A stretch of DNA of 51,458 nucleotides from Vermamoeba vermiformis. Taxonomy: Eukaryota. Where the stretch lies: NCBI GenBank assembly GCA_045837725.1, contig JBEWZL010000115.1, positions 124,001-175,458 of the forward strand. Reading direction: 5' to 3'. Each line of letters opens with the position of its first letter. The first letter of the stretch is position 1. The notes under the pieces were generated by a model. It worked only from the letters and a program-made list of their open reading frames with translations, was not told the origin of the DNA and did not search any database. Both the position numbers and the translations under genes were made by a program. Below are positions 24,603 through 37,900 of the stretch, in pieces.

Positions 24603-26112
24603 ATGAGAGAAGTTATCAGTTTACACATTGGCCAAGCAGGCGTTCAAGCAGGTGAATCCACTTGGGAACTCTTGTTGGCTGAGCATAACATCGCTAACGA
24701 TGGAACCATGAAAAACCCTACAGTTAGTACGTAGCCCTATAAATTTAGGTGATGTAAACATAGTTTAACTCTCCGATCCGCAGAGGATGAAGGGATTTCG
24801 ACGTTCTTTAGCCAAACCGACACTACTGGCAAGTATGTTCCTCGCTCCGTCTTTGTAGATTTGGAACCTAGCACCATCGACAGCGTTCGCAACGGTCAAT
24901 ACAAGAAGTTGTTCCATCCGTCGTCGCTTCTTTCCGGCAAAGAGGATGCCGCCAACAACTACGCCCGCGGTCACTACACTGTTGGTAAAGAAATGATCGA
25001 TCCCACTTTAGAGCGTATTCGCAAGCAAGCTGAGAGCTGCGACAGTCTCCAAGGCTTTTTGTTGTATCACTCCGTTGGTGGTGGTACTGGATCTGGTTTC
25101 GCCTCGTTGTTGATGGAAAGACTCTCAATGGACTTTGGCAAGAAGTCCAAGCTCGACTTCTGCATCTATCCTTCGCCTCAAGTCAGCACCTCTGTGGTTG
25201 AGCCCTACAACTCTGTGCTCTCAACGCATGCGCTCTTGGAACACGTCGACTGCGCATTTATGCTCGACAATGAAGCCATCTACGACATTTGCAAGAAGAA
25301 CTTGGACATTGAGAAGCCTTCGTACCTCAACTTGAACAGACTGATTGCTCAAATCACCTCGTCTTTGACCTCTTCTCTCCGATTCCAAGGTGCTCTGAAT
25401 GTCGATCTCAACGAGTTCCAAACCAACTTGGTGCCTTATCCTCGCATTCACTTCTTGCTCTGCTCTTATGCTCCCATGTCCTCTGCTGAAAAAGTAAGTT
25501 TTGTGTCATTTCGTTGTTTAGTTACTCGTAGTAACCTCCGCTTCATTAGTCGTACCACATGCAAAACTCAGTCTCCGAGATTACCAGCGCTGTCTTCGAA
25601 CCTCAAAATATGTTTGCGAAGTGCGATCCTCGTGTTGGCAAGTACATGTCTTGCTGCTTGATGTACCGCGGAGATGTCACCACCAAGGACGCCAACGCTG
25701 CCATTGCCTCGATGAAGAACAAGAAGGCCATTCAATTCGTTGACTGGTCCCCTACTGGCTTCAAGTGCGGCATCAACTATCAGCCCCCCACTGTCATCCC
25801 TGGTGGTGACTTGGCTGCTGTCAATCGCGCTGTGTGCATGTTGTCCAACACCACTGCCATTGCTGAAGTCTTCTCACGATTGGGTACGTACTAGTGCCAC
25901 ATTATTGACACTAACATGTCTAACGCTATCTTATAACAGACCACAAGTTCGATCTCATGTTTGCCAAGCGCGCTTTCGTTCACTGGTTCGTCGGTGAAGG
26001 TATGGAAGAGGGCGAGTTTACTGAGGCCCGTGAGGACTTGGCTGCCTTGGAGCGTGATTACATTGAAGTCGGTGCTGATCACAGCGACGAAGACGCCACT
26101 GAAGAGTTCTAA
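24603..26112 (+). CDS. TUBA: Alpha-tubulin (divergent), 4 exons
   Basis: [80 protein letters not shown]; ends in EEF*. Confidence 0.98.
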
Positions 26113-26380
26113 GTGATTGGAACGCTAAGTGCATTGTAGTATTAGTATTGACTCGATTGGTTGCACGCAGATCCGTTTAAGTACTGGATCTGGAATACTT
26201 ATCTGGTTGCTTTGTATAATTTGTGATATAAATAACTTACTGATTTACAATAATTATGCGCTTCAGCTGTCAGAGCTTGTCATGTCACGTGTTAATTTTA
26301 GACACTGTCTCATATTCAGTTCTATAACTTCAATTGGCACTGCAACAACAGTCGCTATTTCTGTTTTAAGCGCGAGCAAT

Positions 26381-27355
26381 ATGAGCAAGAAGAAGAACGT
26401 TAAAGGAGGCAAGAGTGCTAGTGGGGGGTTTCAGATCGAAGAGCCTGAAGAGTGTACGCAACACAATCTCCTTTTATTATTTTTAAACTACCCTATCTAA
26501 TGTATATTACTGCACAGTAATAGTTAAGCCTGTTGAGCAGCCCAAAGTGCCAAAAAAATCGGAAAATATTTCAAAAAATCAATCAAGCGTGCAATCAAAG
26601 CCAGAATTTCAATCCGTTGATACAGGGACTTGTTTGAGCATGGTAATTTATTCTAAAAATATTTTGAAAAGATGCAGCAACTCATTTACATGTCAGTGGC
26701 AACCGTGGGCTTCGCTGGTTGTACACGGTATTAAAAAGGTCGAAGGCAGGAGTTGGTGCGTTAAACATGCGCTATTATTGCTGTATTAATTGTCTTACCT
26801 CTGTACAGGCCCACTGACTATCGCGGTCGTTTGTGGATCCACTCAGCGAGCAAACAATTGGAGCCAGAAGTGCTAGAACACGTTGAAGAGCAATATAAAC
26901 GTATGGAGACACGTACTTGTTATGTTATTAACGTGTTTAATTGCAGGAATATCACGTGGCACAGCTGTATTCCCGCCACATTACCCTACTTCAGTGCTGC
27001 TGGGCTGTGTAGATCTGGTCGATTGCATCAATCAAACGCAGTTTCATGCCATCAAAAGCACTAAAACTCCTGAGGGTGAGTAATGTTATATCTGCGATAG
27101 TCTCAATACTGAACGAGCATCAGAGCTCCTGCTGCCTGAAAATGACTGGTTGAATGACGAGAACGAGTCCGAATGGCTCTATGTCTGCACTAATCCGCGC
27201 GTATTGCCCATGCCTCTTGCAGTCAGTGGCGAGCACAAGCTGTGTATGTAGTGTTACTATGTCACTGTTGACACTTCCAAGCTAATTGTACTGGTGTAGG
27301 GAAACTAACAAAGAAGATCCATACCGCAGCCAAGACACAGTTGAATTTGAGCTAA
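26381..27355 (+). CDS. ASCH-domain protein (ASC-1 homology)
   Basis: GTCLSM-WQPWASLVVHGIKKVEGRSW-PTDYRGRLWIHSASK, FPPHYPTSVLLGCVDLVDC, SGEHKLW. Confidence 0.92.
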
Positions 27356-27496
27356 TAGTTGTAAATAGCGAAGACACGTCATGTAAATATTAATTTAGCA
27401 CTCACTTCTTGCACAATTTTTTTCGCCATATTTGTTTCTGAACTCGGCTCGTGAAAGCAGAAAGCAATTGCCTACTACATTTCCTTAGATATCAAT

Positions 27497-28716
27497 ATGG
27501 AGCCATTATTATCTGTTGATTGTATTGTCAAGCTCGGTGGTAGCGCATTGACGATTAAAAGTCAGTTCGAAACGTTGAATTTCGAGAGCATCGAGGCGTA
27601 TGATATTAGATTGTATACACATGTACATAACTATGGATTAACTATTGAAAATAGACTTGGATCTATGCTTCAACAAACAATTTTAGAATTTAAAAATCAA
27701 CATGGCCGGGAAATGAGATTAATTATTATCCATGGGGCTGGTAATATTGTTTATCAATTTCTAAAAATATATTCAGATTATTTAACGTGATTGAACATTC
27801 AGGCTCATTCGGGCATTTTCAAGCGAAACAATTTAAAGTTACAGAGGGAATTAAGGGTGCTGACGGCACTGTTCATGAAAGTAGACTAGTACAGCTCAAA
27901 CGAGGTGTCGTTCAAACACGCATATCAGTCACCAAGTTGAATCATATTGTCGTGACAGCTCTTGCTCAAAAAGTATGTTTTAATTCAATAATGCTCGCGT
28001 GAGTATAGGATTGACACTAATTAGGGCTTGCCTGTGATTGGTTGTTCACCGTGCGCTAATTGGAAGATTGAAACACATTGTTAGTACAACTCTCCTCAAT
28101 TCAAGTATAACTGACACACTCACTACAGACAACGAGGAAGGCAAGAAAGTGATCGTGTTGCAGGACAATGTCCAAGAGCTCGAGTCCTTGTTGCGCAGTG
28201 GATTCATTCCCGTGCTGCACGGTGATGCAATGCTCGACGCGAACACGAGTCAAATGGCCACTATTCTCTCGGGCGATGTGATCATGCGTCATCTCGCTGT
28301 CAAATTCAACTGCACACGCACTGTGTTTATATCCGATGTCGAGGTATGACGGTGATAGGTGATGAGCTGAAGTATTGATGTGCTTTCAAAGGGTATTTGC
28401 ACCGCTCCACCAACAGATCCAAGTAGTCGAGCTGATTCGGCAGATTGATGTCACGTCAGACGGACACTATGAAATGAAGCTCGAGACATCACAACTCGAT
28501 TGCGATGTGACTGGTGGTATACTCGGCAAGATTAAGGCTGCAATCAACATTGTGCTCGCTGTACCTCGTGTCCAAGTCTATTTTTGCAGTTCGTTCAATC
28601 CAGAGTCGAAGCACAACTTACTGGGTAACAAATACAATTTAGTGATATTTACAAAGAATTAACACAGTGTTACAGGTACGAAACAAGTCGGAACAGTGAT
28701 GTTGCTCAAAGACTAG
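27497..28716 (+). CDS. IPK: Isopentenyl phosphate kinase (amino-acid-kinase superfamily)
   Basis: IVKLGGSALTIK, IIHGAG-SFGHFQA (IPK-specific His), GFIPVLHGDAMLD, ILSGDVI, DVTGGILGKI. Confidence 0.9.
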
Positions 28717-28730
28717 TCAAGCACGGGAAA

Positions 28731-30493
28731 TTATTTCAGTGCGTATCGAGCCATTAAAGGCAAGTGGTCACTCGGATAGATTGGACTGGGCAGCGCTGTG
28801 TACGTGTCGATAGATTGCTTGAGCTCTGCATTCTTCGAACTCGTGGGATTCTCCAGCACTTCGAGCAATGTACACGTGGCAGGTTGATACCAAAGGTAGT
28901 CGAGACAGCCTAATGGAGCGACGAGTTGACGCGAATAAAAAGTGTGTATAGCTGAGGCATTTGTACCTTTGAATCCGGGCGTGTAATTGGACACAGGTTC
29001 TCCGAGTGATTTGTAACTGCTTTCAAAGCCAATGGGACTCGTGAACTCGACGATGGAGCTGTACTTGACTATTTGCGGCACAATGGTCTCTTTGAGGCGT
29101 TGCGCGGTGTGTATCTCGTAGACCATCGAGTCCGGCATGCTGTTGAAGTCACCGCAGGCCAGTGTCGTGTACTGGTCCGCAGTCAACTTCATCTCGTTGC
29201 ACATCTGTTGTTGGTACTCGTGCAGCTGATTCAACAAGTACCACGCTTGCATCAATTTGATTTCAGGTACTTCGGGGTCCCAGTAGAGGTGACAGTTTGA
29301 CACCCACACGTATTTGGGTTGTTCCGCGCCTGTCAATGCCTGCAACATCACGACGATCGCGACATTGTTCCGCTTAGTAGTGAACACGAGGTTTGGGAAT
29401 GATTGCAACTGCGGTGAATCAGCCACGAGCTTGTCCATTTCAACTTGAAACTTTTTGACCAATTTGAATCTAAGATCAGCGTTAGATATGTAATAGATGT
29501 TATTCGTCTGTTAATCGATTGCATTACTTGTTGGTGTTGAAGAAGATGCCGCAGCCATCACTCTTCAGTGAAGTTCGTTTGGTGTATTCGCCTTGATAGC
29601 CGAGGTCTTTGAAATGTGTTTTAAATGTCGGGAATTGATTTTCCTCGAACTCCTATGCACCGTCAGTGTATTAATATATGGACTAATGAATGGCGTTAGA
29701 GCTCGAATAGAACGTACTTGCAGACAGAAAATGTCGGGTTTGAACGTTTCGATCTCGTTGTATATTAACTTCTGTCTATACTCCCACAACAAGGCATAAT
29801 CGGGACAATAATAGTAGCGCGTATTGTCGCAATAACACTCCGCTAAAATATTGTACGACATGAGCGAGAAGGCTGCAGATCGATTAGAATTGATACGATC
29901 GTGATGAATGCTACGTACTAAAGTCCTTATCGGTTACAGAGGCACTCATTATCAGAGCTAATAGGCAGCATTTGTCGTTTAGGCGGATCTGGCAATTTTG
30001 GCAAGACCCAAAATAATTCAGTGTGGCGCGGTACATTTTCTATTTCATCAACGGTCCATGCCTCTACTTTCATTATGTGCATAAGATCTTCTTCACTGGT
30101 TGTGTAGTCGCTGGGAAAAATTAATTAAATTCGAATTTGAATTTTTTCAACGCTCGAAAATTATTGATAATTACAAGACCTATTTTGCAAAATATAACAT
30201 AATTACCTTGCGTCACTAAGGAAATACCAGTTCTTGAAATTAACTGTAGGATCTGCAGCCTTAGGATCCTTTGTCGCATCTAATACGCTGTCGACTTCAA
30301 AGCCGCGGAACCAGCGATAAACAATGTTTCTATTAGTGTTCCAGCGCGGTTTGATATTCGTGCCTACGAGCACATGGCGCAGGACACCATACAACCGCTC
30401 ATAAGTGAAGCCAATGGAGGTGTTGCTGTTGCTATAACTAGGATTATTATTATTATTATTATTAGTCTGTTCTGCCGTGTTGCGATTGCCCAT
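28731..30493 (-). CDS. CCR4/PDE12/Angel-type EEP-family deadenylase or phosphodiesterase (no LRR)
   Basis: SYNILA, DIFCLQE, NCHLYWDP, CGDFNSMPDS, NYTPGFK-GCLDYLWY, PSDHLPL; N-terminal region with VYRWFRG. Confidence 0.9.
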
Positions 30494-31072
30494 GTTGAAT
30501 GTGAATAATGAATAACTCTCGCGCAATTTTAGACCTCTTTGATTTTGTTTGAACGAAGGTCTTGGTGACTTCTACATACTAACAATAGAACATTTTTTAA
30601 TTAATAATATAAGAGGTATTGCTTTAGCATATATGGACTTCATCCAGGTTGAGGGCAACAATCGTAGGTGATCCGTTGGAAAACAGAGTAAAAATTGATG
30701 AATCGACATTGAAACAACGGTGCCTCGATAATTCTTTTGATAAATTATGAAATATCGGCTGGTTGCGAAGGGGTGGTACATGCGTAATCGACAATTTGTG
30801 CGCTTGGGTGAGTAAATCTGAAATTTTAACGAGTTTTTCATGACAATAACGTGCTGGCTAGTTTCGGAGACTTGTCATTGAAATAATTGATATTTTACAT
30901 TGTTGGTAGTCTAATTTTAGGACATTTTTGCCTATTTTCATCCATGTCACCCAACCCGTCTCGTGCCTTGGAGTATTTGAAAAGGAAAAATTTATGCCTC
31001 GTAATCCATTTCAAGTATTTTTTAAGATAGAAGCACTACTCAAGCTGTATATATTAAACTTTATCTAGTGTA

Positions 31073-34000
31073 ATGCGCTTCTACGCAGTTTTATTCAGTC
31101 TACTCAAGATTGCACTGCTCGTGCGATCTCAAAACCCTTCTTGCGCGACGCTTATTCCTATGACTATCGTAAGTATTACGGCACATTTATATTAATGTAG
31201 TCCATTGATACGTGACGTGATTCACAAACTAACTTTATGCGCACAGACAGAGCTGGATGGCGTAATTAAGGGCGATGTAATATGGAGCGAAGATAAACAA
31301 GTAAGTACTTGATAAGGAACACTTTTAACATTATAAAAAACCGAAACAACCCCCTTCTACTCGAGTTTTCGTAATGTCTGGAAATAAAGGACTGCGGATT
31401 TATAAAATTTCGTTAGTTCGGACACAATCTAACATTTAGTTGGCAATTAGAACACTTAAATCAAATTATCAACATTAATTTCTCAAATTTGCGAGTGTTC
31501 TCTGGATTTGAACACCTCATACTAACCACGGATTTATCAGATTGCTTTCTTTTCAACCACTTTTTCCAATGGTCGCAATGGCTCGCTTTGGCGCAGTATT
31601 GACGGCGGTCTAACGTGGAACAAGTAAGCCCTAATTCAATTTCAGTTCAAGTCGCGTTATCATACGTTTCCTCGCGATGCTAATTCGATGGCAAAGTCAT
31701 ATATGATCAGCGCGTCTAATGTCACGATTTTCTAGCGAGAACCCGAAGCTCTCTGGAGCAGACAAGACGTGGAATCTGGATGGCAATGGTCCTGCTGGCG
31801 GAGTTTACGCTATTCACCCTGCAGCCACGCCCAACGTTGTGAGTATAATATGACTTATATAAGTACATTATCTTGACGATGTTTAGAGATTCTGCGTAGC
31901 AATCCTAAAGATACGCCTGTCAATTTACTTCTCAAATCCACCTTTCTGAACCTCACCTTATTGTTACCTAAATCACTCTATAATAATTATATGATATTTT
32001 CCAATTGCGTAATTACTATTGAATCACTTGCGATAAAGGCGTTTTTAGGTTCACAAAATGATATTTTATTTATAATTTTAATTAACAAAGCAACGATTCT
32101 TGTATTATAACTCGTATTAACAATGCCGTATAATGCGATTAGTTCTACTTTGAAGGCTGGGGTCCGCGCATGTGGGTCACCACGGACTTTGGAGAGACGT
32201 ACAACCAGGTCTATATTGGCGAACAATACGCGATTGAAGCAGTCTATCCACACCCGCGCCGCGACGATCTCTTCCTCGGCGTGTTGTCCTCGAGCTGCTG
32301 CTACCAACCCTGCTCTGATTACTGCTCGGCTGATGTACGTGTCACTCACATTTCATTGTCTGAATTATTCTTATCATCGCTCCATAATGTAATATTGGTA
32401 CTCATCGCCCCTATTTGCAGTTGGTCCTATTCGAGGGCTACGGTCTCACATCCGGCGCCACCGTGAGGAAGTACGTCAGCACGCGTCCTGACATCACAGT
32501 CAGCTGGGGCAAGGCTGGTTATGACGGCTACAGCGACAAATCGCTCTACGCTGTCTACGCGCCCGTGACAAATCAGGATCAGGTACACAACCGAAACTGT
32601 TTTCTCTTTGTTTAATTCCATGCCTTAATAATAAGCGGAGAATACTAATCCCGATATGTACTATGAATCAGAACATTATTTGTTCTGCGGCAGAAATGCT
32701 GTCGATTAATATCGAGTTTCTGCGCGAAATTTCAGAAATTTTACCTGAAGTTTGCTCCGTAGCAATGCTCGATTGACGACTATTGCAGTATTATATAGAT
32801 TATTAATCAATGTTATGCAGTACAATGTCGCTGAGGACGAATACGTGCTCGAGTTCATCACCGATGCAAGCGATCCCAACACTGTCACCTATCGAGTCGA
32901 CTCTGTATTTGGCTTTGTCTTCGTCAACGAAACCAACACGATTGTTGCTGGACAAGTACGTGACAATTGCGCTAATTTTACGTGAGTTTGCTGCTCACTC
33001 ATTGCCCTTTTAGTACACCAATTTCGGTGCGCGCTTGGTGACCTCGTCGGACAATTTAGCTACCGTGAATGCCATTGACTTTCCCAATGCCCCTGGTGTC
33101 ACTAGCATTGCTGAGAGTGTAAGTACACCTTGATCTCAAAGTCAGACACCATACCTAATCGTTTCATAGGGCTATGCATTCTTGGACACTGAAAAAGGCA
33201 CGCTGTTTGTTGGTGTGTTGGGTTATGCGTCAGGAGGACAACGAAGTACGTATAGACTAGGGAACTTGTTATTATACTTTGTGCTTATATTCATTCTTCA
33301 GCTGATCTCTATGGCTCTGATCAATTCTCCGACAATTTCCGATTGCTCCTCGAACATATCGTGTGGTGAGTACTGCAAATGAAGGTCTAGTTGAACGAGT
33401 GCACTAACAACTGCCTCTCAGGGACCAAGACGTCGCGTTCGGCAAAGTGTCAGGCATTGATGGCCTGTACATTGCCAACAGATATCAGAACGGCGGCAAG
33501 CAGTCCGTGCTCACCTTCAATCAAGGAGGCTTGTGGTCCACACTTCAAGTCAACGGCTCGTGCAACGGTTGCTCGCTCAACTTGTACTCGCCCTCGAGTG
33601 ACGTCAAAGATCATTTCTACTCGCGTCCCACCGCCCCTGGCCTCATCATCGCCACGGGCAATGTTGGTGTCAGTTTGAACGACGAACAATCTGCCGCTAA
33701 CACTTATTTCACGCGCGACGCTGGTTTGACTTGGAAGAAGTTGGCTTCTGGCAGTCATCTCGTGGCATTCTCGAACTTTGGCTCCTTGCTTTTGATGGTC
33801 GATGACTTGGACGCAATTGACAGCGTGCAGTAAGTGCCTCGAAAATGTCCCATGAGCATGGTTTGTCTAACAAATTTCAGATTCTCGATCGACCAAGGAA
33901 ACACATTCCAAAACTGTTCTTTAGTCGAGTCAGCCGACAACACTACCTCCGTCAACTTGCAAGCCGTGCGCATCTACACTGAGCCCACCACGACACAGAC

Positions 34001-34812
34001 TCACTTCTTGTTGTTGACCTCCTTCACTGACCTCAACGGCAAAGACAAGTTCACGCTGTTCGGTCTCAATTTCACTGGCTACTTCACTCGTCAGTGCATC
34101 GGCGAAGACGCTCCTGGCACAGCTGCGAGTGACTACGAGTACTTCAATCCGACTGGTGTGCAAGACAGCTGCATTCTCGGCATTGATACCACGTACATCC
34201 GCAGAAAGGCTGGTGTTGCTTGCTACGTGCCCATGACCGAACAAGTCGTTACTCAGTCGCGCATCTGCGAGTGTACCATGGCAGACTATGTGTGGTAAGT
34301 TCAACACCTTTAACAGTGTTATTAGCTGACTTCTAACAAATTATCCAAGCGCGCCGTGCTACAAGTGGTCAGACGCCAGTCAGTCCTGTGAGCTCTACTG
34401 CACTGTGGACCCTTACATTCCCGCTGATTGCCAAGACACTTACGTGCCTGTCACGTACGGCTATCAAAAGAACGCTGCCTCGCAATGTCAAGGAGGTCTG
34501 AACATGTTGCCGGGCCCCAACGCCACACCTCTCAAGTGTCCTCCTAGCCAGGTTCCATCAGGCTTCACTGATCCTAACAATGTTGTTGGTGAGCGTCCAG
34601 CAGGAGAGATCATTGCCATTGTGTTCATTGTGGTCGGAGGTGTCATCTTCTTGGTCGGTGTTGCCTTGGCCGTTGTCTTCTTCATTCGTCGCAGGAGACG
34701 TCAAGCTGCTGGTGCCTCTGGCCCGAGTGTTGATGCCAAGCCTAAAGTGTCGTCGAACCAGGACGGCGTGCATAATCCTTACGCCGTGCAATTGGACGAA
34801 TCTTCCATGTAG
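31073..34812 (+). CDS. VPS10/sortilin-domain type-I membrane sorting receptor
   Basis: Signal peptide; BNR/Asp-box repeats (WRSIDGGLTW, WVTTDFGETY, LTFNQGGLW, YFTRDAGLTW, FSIDQGNTF); 10CC region (CILG...YIRRK...C...CECTMADYVC); TM; tail containing NPYAVQL. Confidence 0.9.
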
Positions 34813-34900
34813 AATATCAAGGCGATAATCAAACAATAACAACTAGTTAAATATGTAGATTTTTGTACAAAATTAAATTCTTTAATTATACATCGCTTGT

Positions 34901-37900
34901 TTAGTTGATTGCCTGCATGGTCAAACACTCGTCCAAATGCTCGTTGATTGTGTTCTCCAATACCATCGTACCGCACACTGGACACGGCACACGATTGCCT
35001 TGCGGCTGTACCACAGGAGGGGGTGGCGGTGGTTGATTTACGACAGGTAAGCGCGGCAGGCGCATGCGAGGCAATTCTTCAGATACTGACTCCTCCTCGC
35101 TTGATTCTGTGTCGCTGCGCGATTCAGAACGAGTGCCTGAGGCCTCTGCATCAAGCTCGCGCATTAGGCTGGCAAGATCGTCTAAGCCTTCGTCATCTGT
35201 CGCTGGTACTTGCGTCACTGGTGTCACACCTAACTCGGCGAACAGCTGATCCAATTCACTTTCTTCGGGTGTAATGGCATTGATCGCGTCTTGCAAACTG
35301 CCGCCGACTTGGTTAGCGCGCTCAATACGGTCTGTGCAGTGTCGTTAGGATTGCTGCTGCTCGTCAGACATATCAAATTTACCTCTGATACTGGAACCCT
35401 TGCCTGGTGGTGGCGGAGGTGGTGGAGGGACGGGCGCGAGAATATTCATGAAGCTATTGTTGTTGTTATTGCCCATTTGCGAAGGTCTGTCCGCTGTGTC
35501 GCCCGGTGTCTCGAAGGCATTAAGACTGTCCGCTGCAATACCAGACGAGTTAATCAACGCATGTTCTGCATCGCGCGTCCAAGTGTTGAGATCAATGTGC
35601 AGTTCTGTGCTGACAAATGTCTCCAAACCACTGCGCACATCGCTCGGCAAGCTGTGGTCTTGATAGGCCGCTTCGAGTTCAAGCGTGACGAGTTCGGGGT
35701 CAATTTCTGTTGTGCTGTTAGCGTCGATTCAACAGCGCATTTTTGCTACTTACGATAACAACTCTTCAACACGTCAACGAGCCACTTGTTGGTTGAGTCA
35801 GCCAGCAACATGATGAGCCAGCGGAGTTGATATTCTAAGCACGATGATGAGTATACAGGCAAGGTCTATAATTAATAAAGACGTACCCGTAGTGTTGGCG
35901 TAAACTTCGACCTCATCAAGCTTGTACGAGTCCCACTCAAAGTCAGCATTGACCACGTGGAAGAACTTGCTTTCGAGGTCCAGTACAATACTCGCATCGA
36001 GCACTTCAGTCAGCAGCATGGTGCGCGTGACAATTTTGAGCTTGTTTCTGTCTTCAAACATGGCACTGTGAACAAGATCAGATCAGGCCACTTGCACCTA
36101 TTAAATACATAATTGTACGTACTTCATTCTGCCGTTCTGCACCAAATAGACTAATTTGGATTGATACGCGGCGGCGTTCTGAGGTGTCAATTTTCTCGGA
36201 GTCAACAGATTGGCATAGCGTTGAGCAGGAGCCTTGGCACTGGCCTTTGGAATGGCGACGTGGATGGGTACCTTCTTTGGTGCAGCGGGGAGTGCCTGCA
36301 TCTCGGCCCGTCTGTTGCGGAGCTGTTCAAACAACGAGCCGCGCGGCATGGTCAAACTGTTGCGTCGCTTCACCGGGGCAATGGGCGCTTTCTTCGGCGC
36401 ATTGAGATCGGCAAGCAACTGCACGCAACGTGAGTGCAGTTGATTGTTGGGGCAGCGGCACGTAAACAGGACGATCTTGTGGGCCGGGTGGTGGTGGTGG
36501 TGGCGGGGGTGCAGGTGTGTAATCTGGCGGCGGTGGAGGATTGGGCACGGCATTATCGACATCATTATTATTATTATTATTGTTGTTATTATTGTTGTTG
36601 TCATTCGTATTTGTGGCATTATTTGAATTGTCATTGTTGTTATTTTCAGACACGGCCTTGCCATTGGCATCAAACTCCTCGGCAGTCAAGAACGGTCTAG
36701 CGCCCTCGCGTGAGACCAACGCCACGAATGGGGGCGAGTCCGATGAGAGAGAAAAGGGCTTTTCATAGTTGGAGTGGATGTGTGCCTTCTGACCGCAGTA
36801 GACTGCAAACACATTTGATTCATTTCGCACGGGTTCAGCGACACGAGAGTCAGGCTTGGTGTTGACGCGTTTGTTGTTTTGTGACGACTTCAACACGAAT
36901 ACTGTGCCGTTGAAAAGTGTCGCTTCCCACAGCTTTCCGTGCATTATCTGGCATATCAAATAAGCACACGTAATGTCTTGACAAATGGTACAACATACCG
37001 CGTTAGTCCATCCATCTACCGACGCTTTGTACAACAATTTGGTTTGCGGGAACTGACTATTCTTTTTGAGCACGAGTGACAGTGCGTTTTCAAAGTAGCG
37101 GTCCATGTGCAGTGTGGGCTTGCGTGGAATTTTAATGACAGGTGCAGGCAAGAACGTGACGCTGTCTCCATCATCAAACATTGAAACAGTAGCGAATGCG
37201 TGTGCGTTATCTAGCTATCAGTTAGATATGAATTCAAGGGACATGTCCTTCTCGGGACTTACAAATGAAGTTAGGGAAGACAGGTGTGCCGAGGAACTTG
37301 TCGTTGACGTAGAATGACAGAACTGACGTGCCAAGCTCGATGTAGATGCCGAGAACATCGCCTGCAAGGAGTTAGAGCTAGAATGCACAGTAGATCTGCC
37401 ACGTACCTGTTTTGAGTGGTGGTCCAAAACTGCCATTTAAATAAGGCCCATCTGCAACACCGTTCACGAGAATTGTTCCGTCCTCGCAGTTGTAACCCAC
37501 AGCCGACAGCTTTGAAAACCTTGGTGGGTCGTCAGTTGATCTCCTTAAGGGGCGGGGACTTGGAGGATCATTGGCGTTGTCATTGGTACTCCACGGTGAT
37601 TGTGCCCAAGACGGCGTGTTGTCCTTTGGCACAGGAGCTGGAAGCCACGGAGCCACATGTTGTTGCCAAGGCTTGAACGCGTGGTGATTGGCGTACTCGA
37701 GGTCTTGCACTGACTCCATGGCCAGACCAATCACAATGCGCGATTTGCTCGTGTTGTCAATGCGCACTTCAAAGTACCGCGAGGAAGTGATCATGTCTTG
37801 GGGCTGATAGTATTCAATCGATTGAGGTGAGCCAACTGAGCACCATTGACCAGCTGCGATGGTTTGTAAGTGACGTCAATGTATAATTGAAATTGTTGTA

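Noticed and set aside
30443-30463. (ATT)n microsatellite
   Set aside because: Ordinary poly-Asn coding tract of the EEP nuclease.
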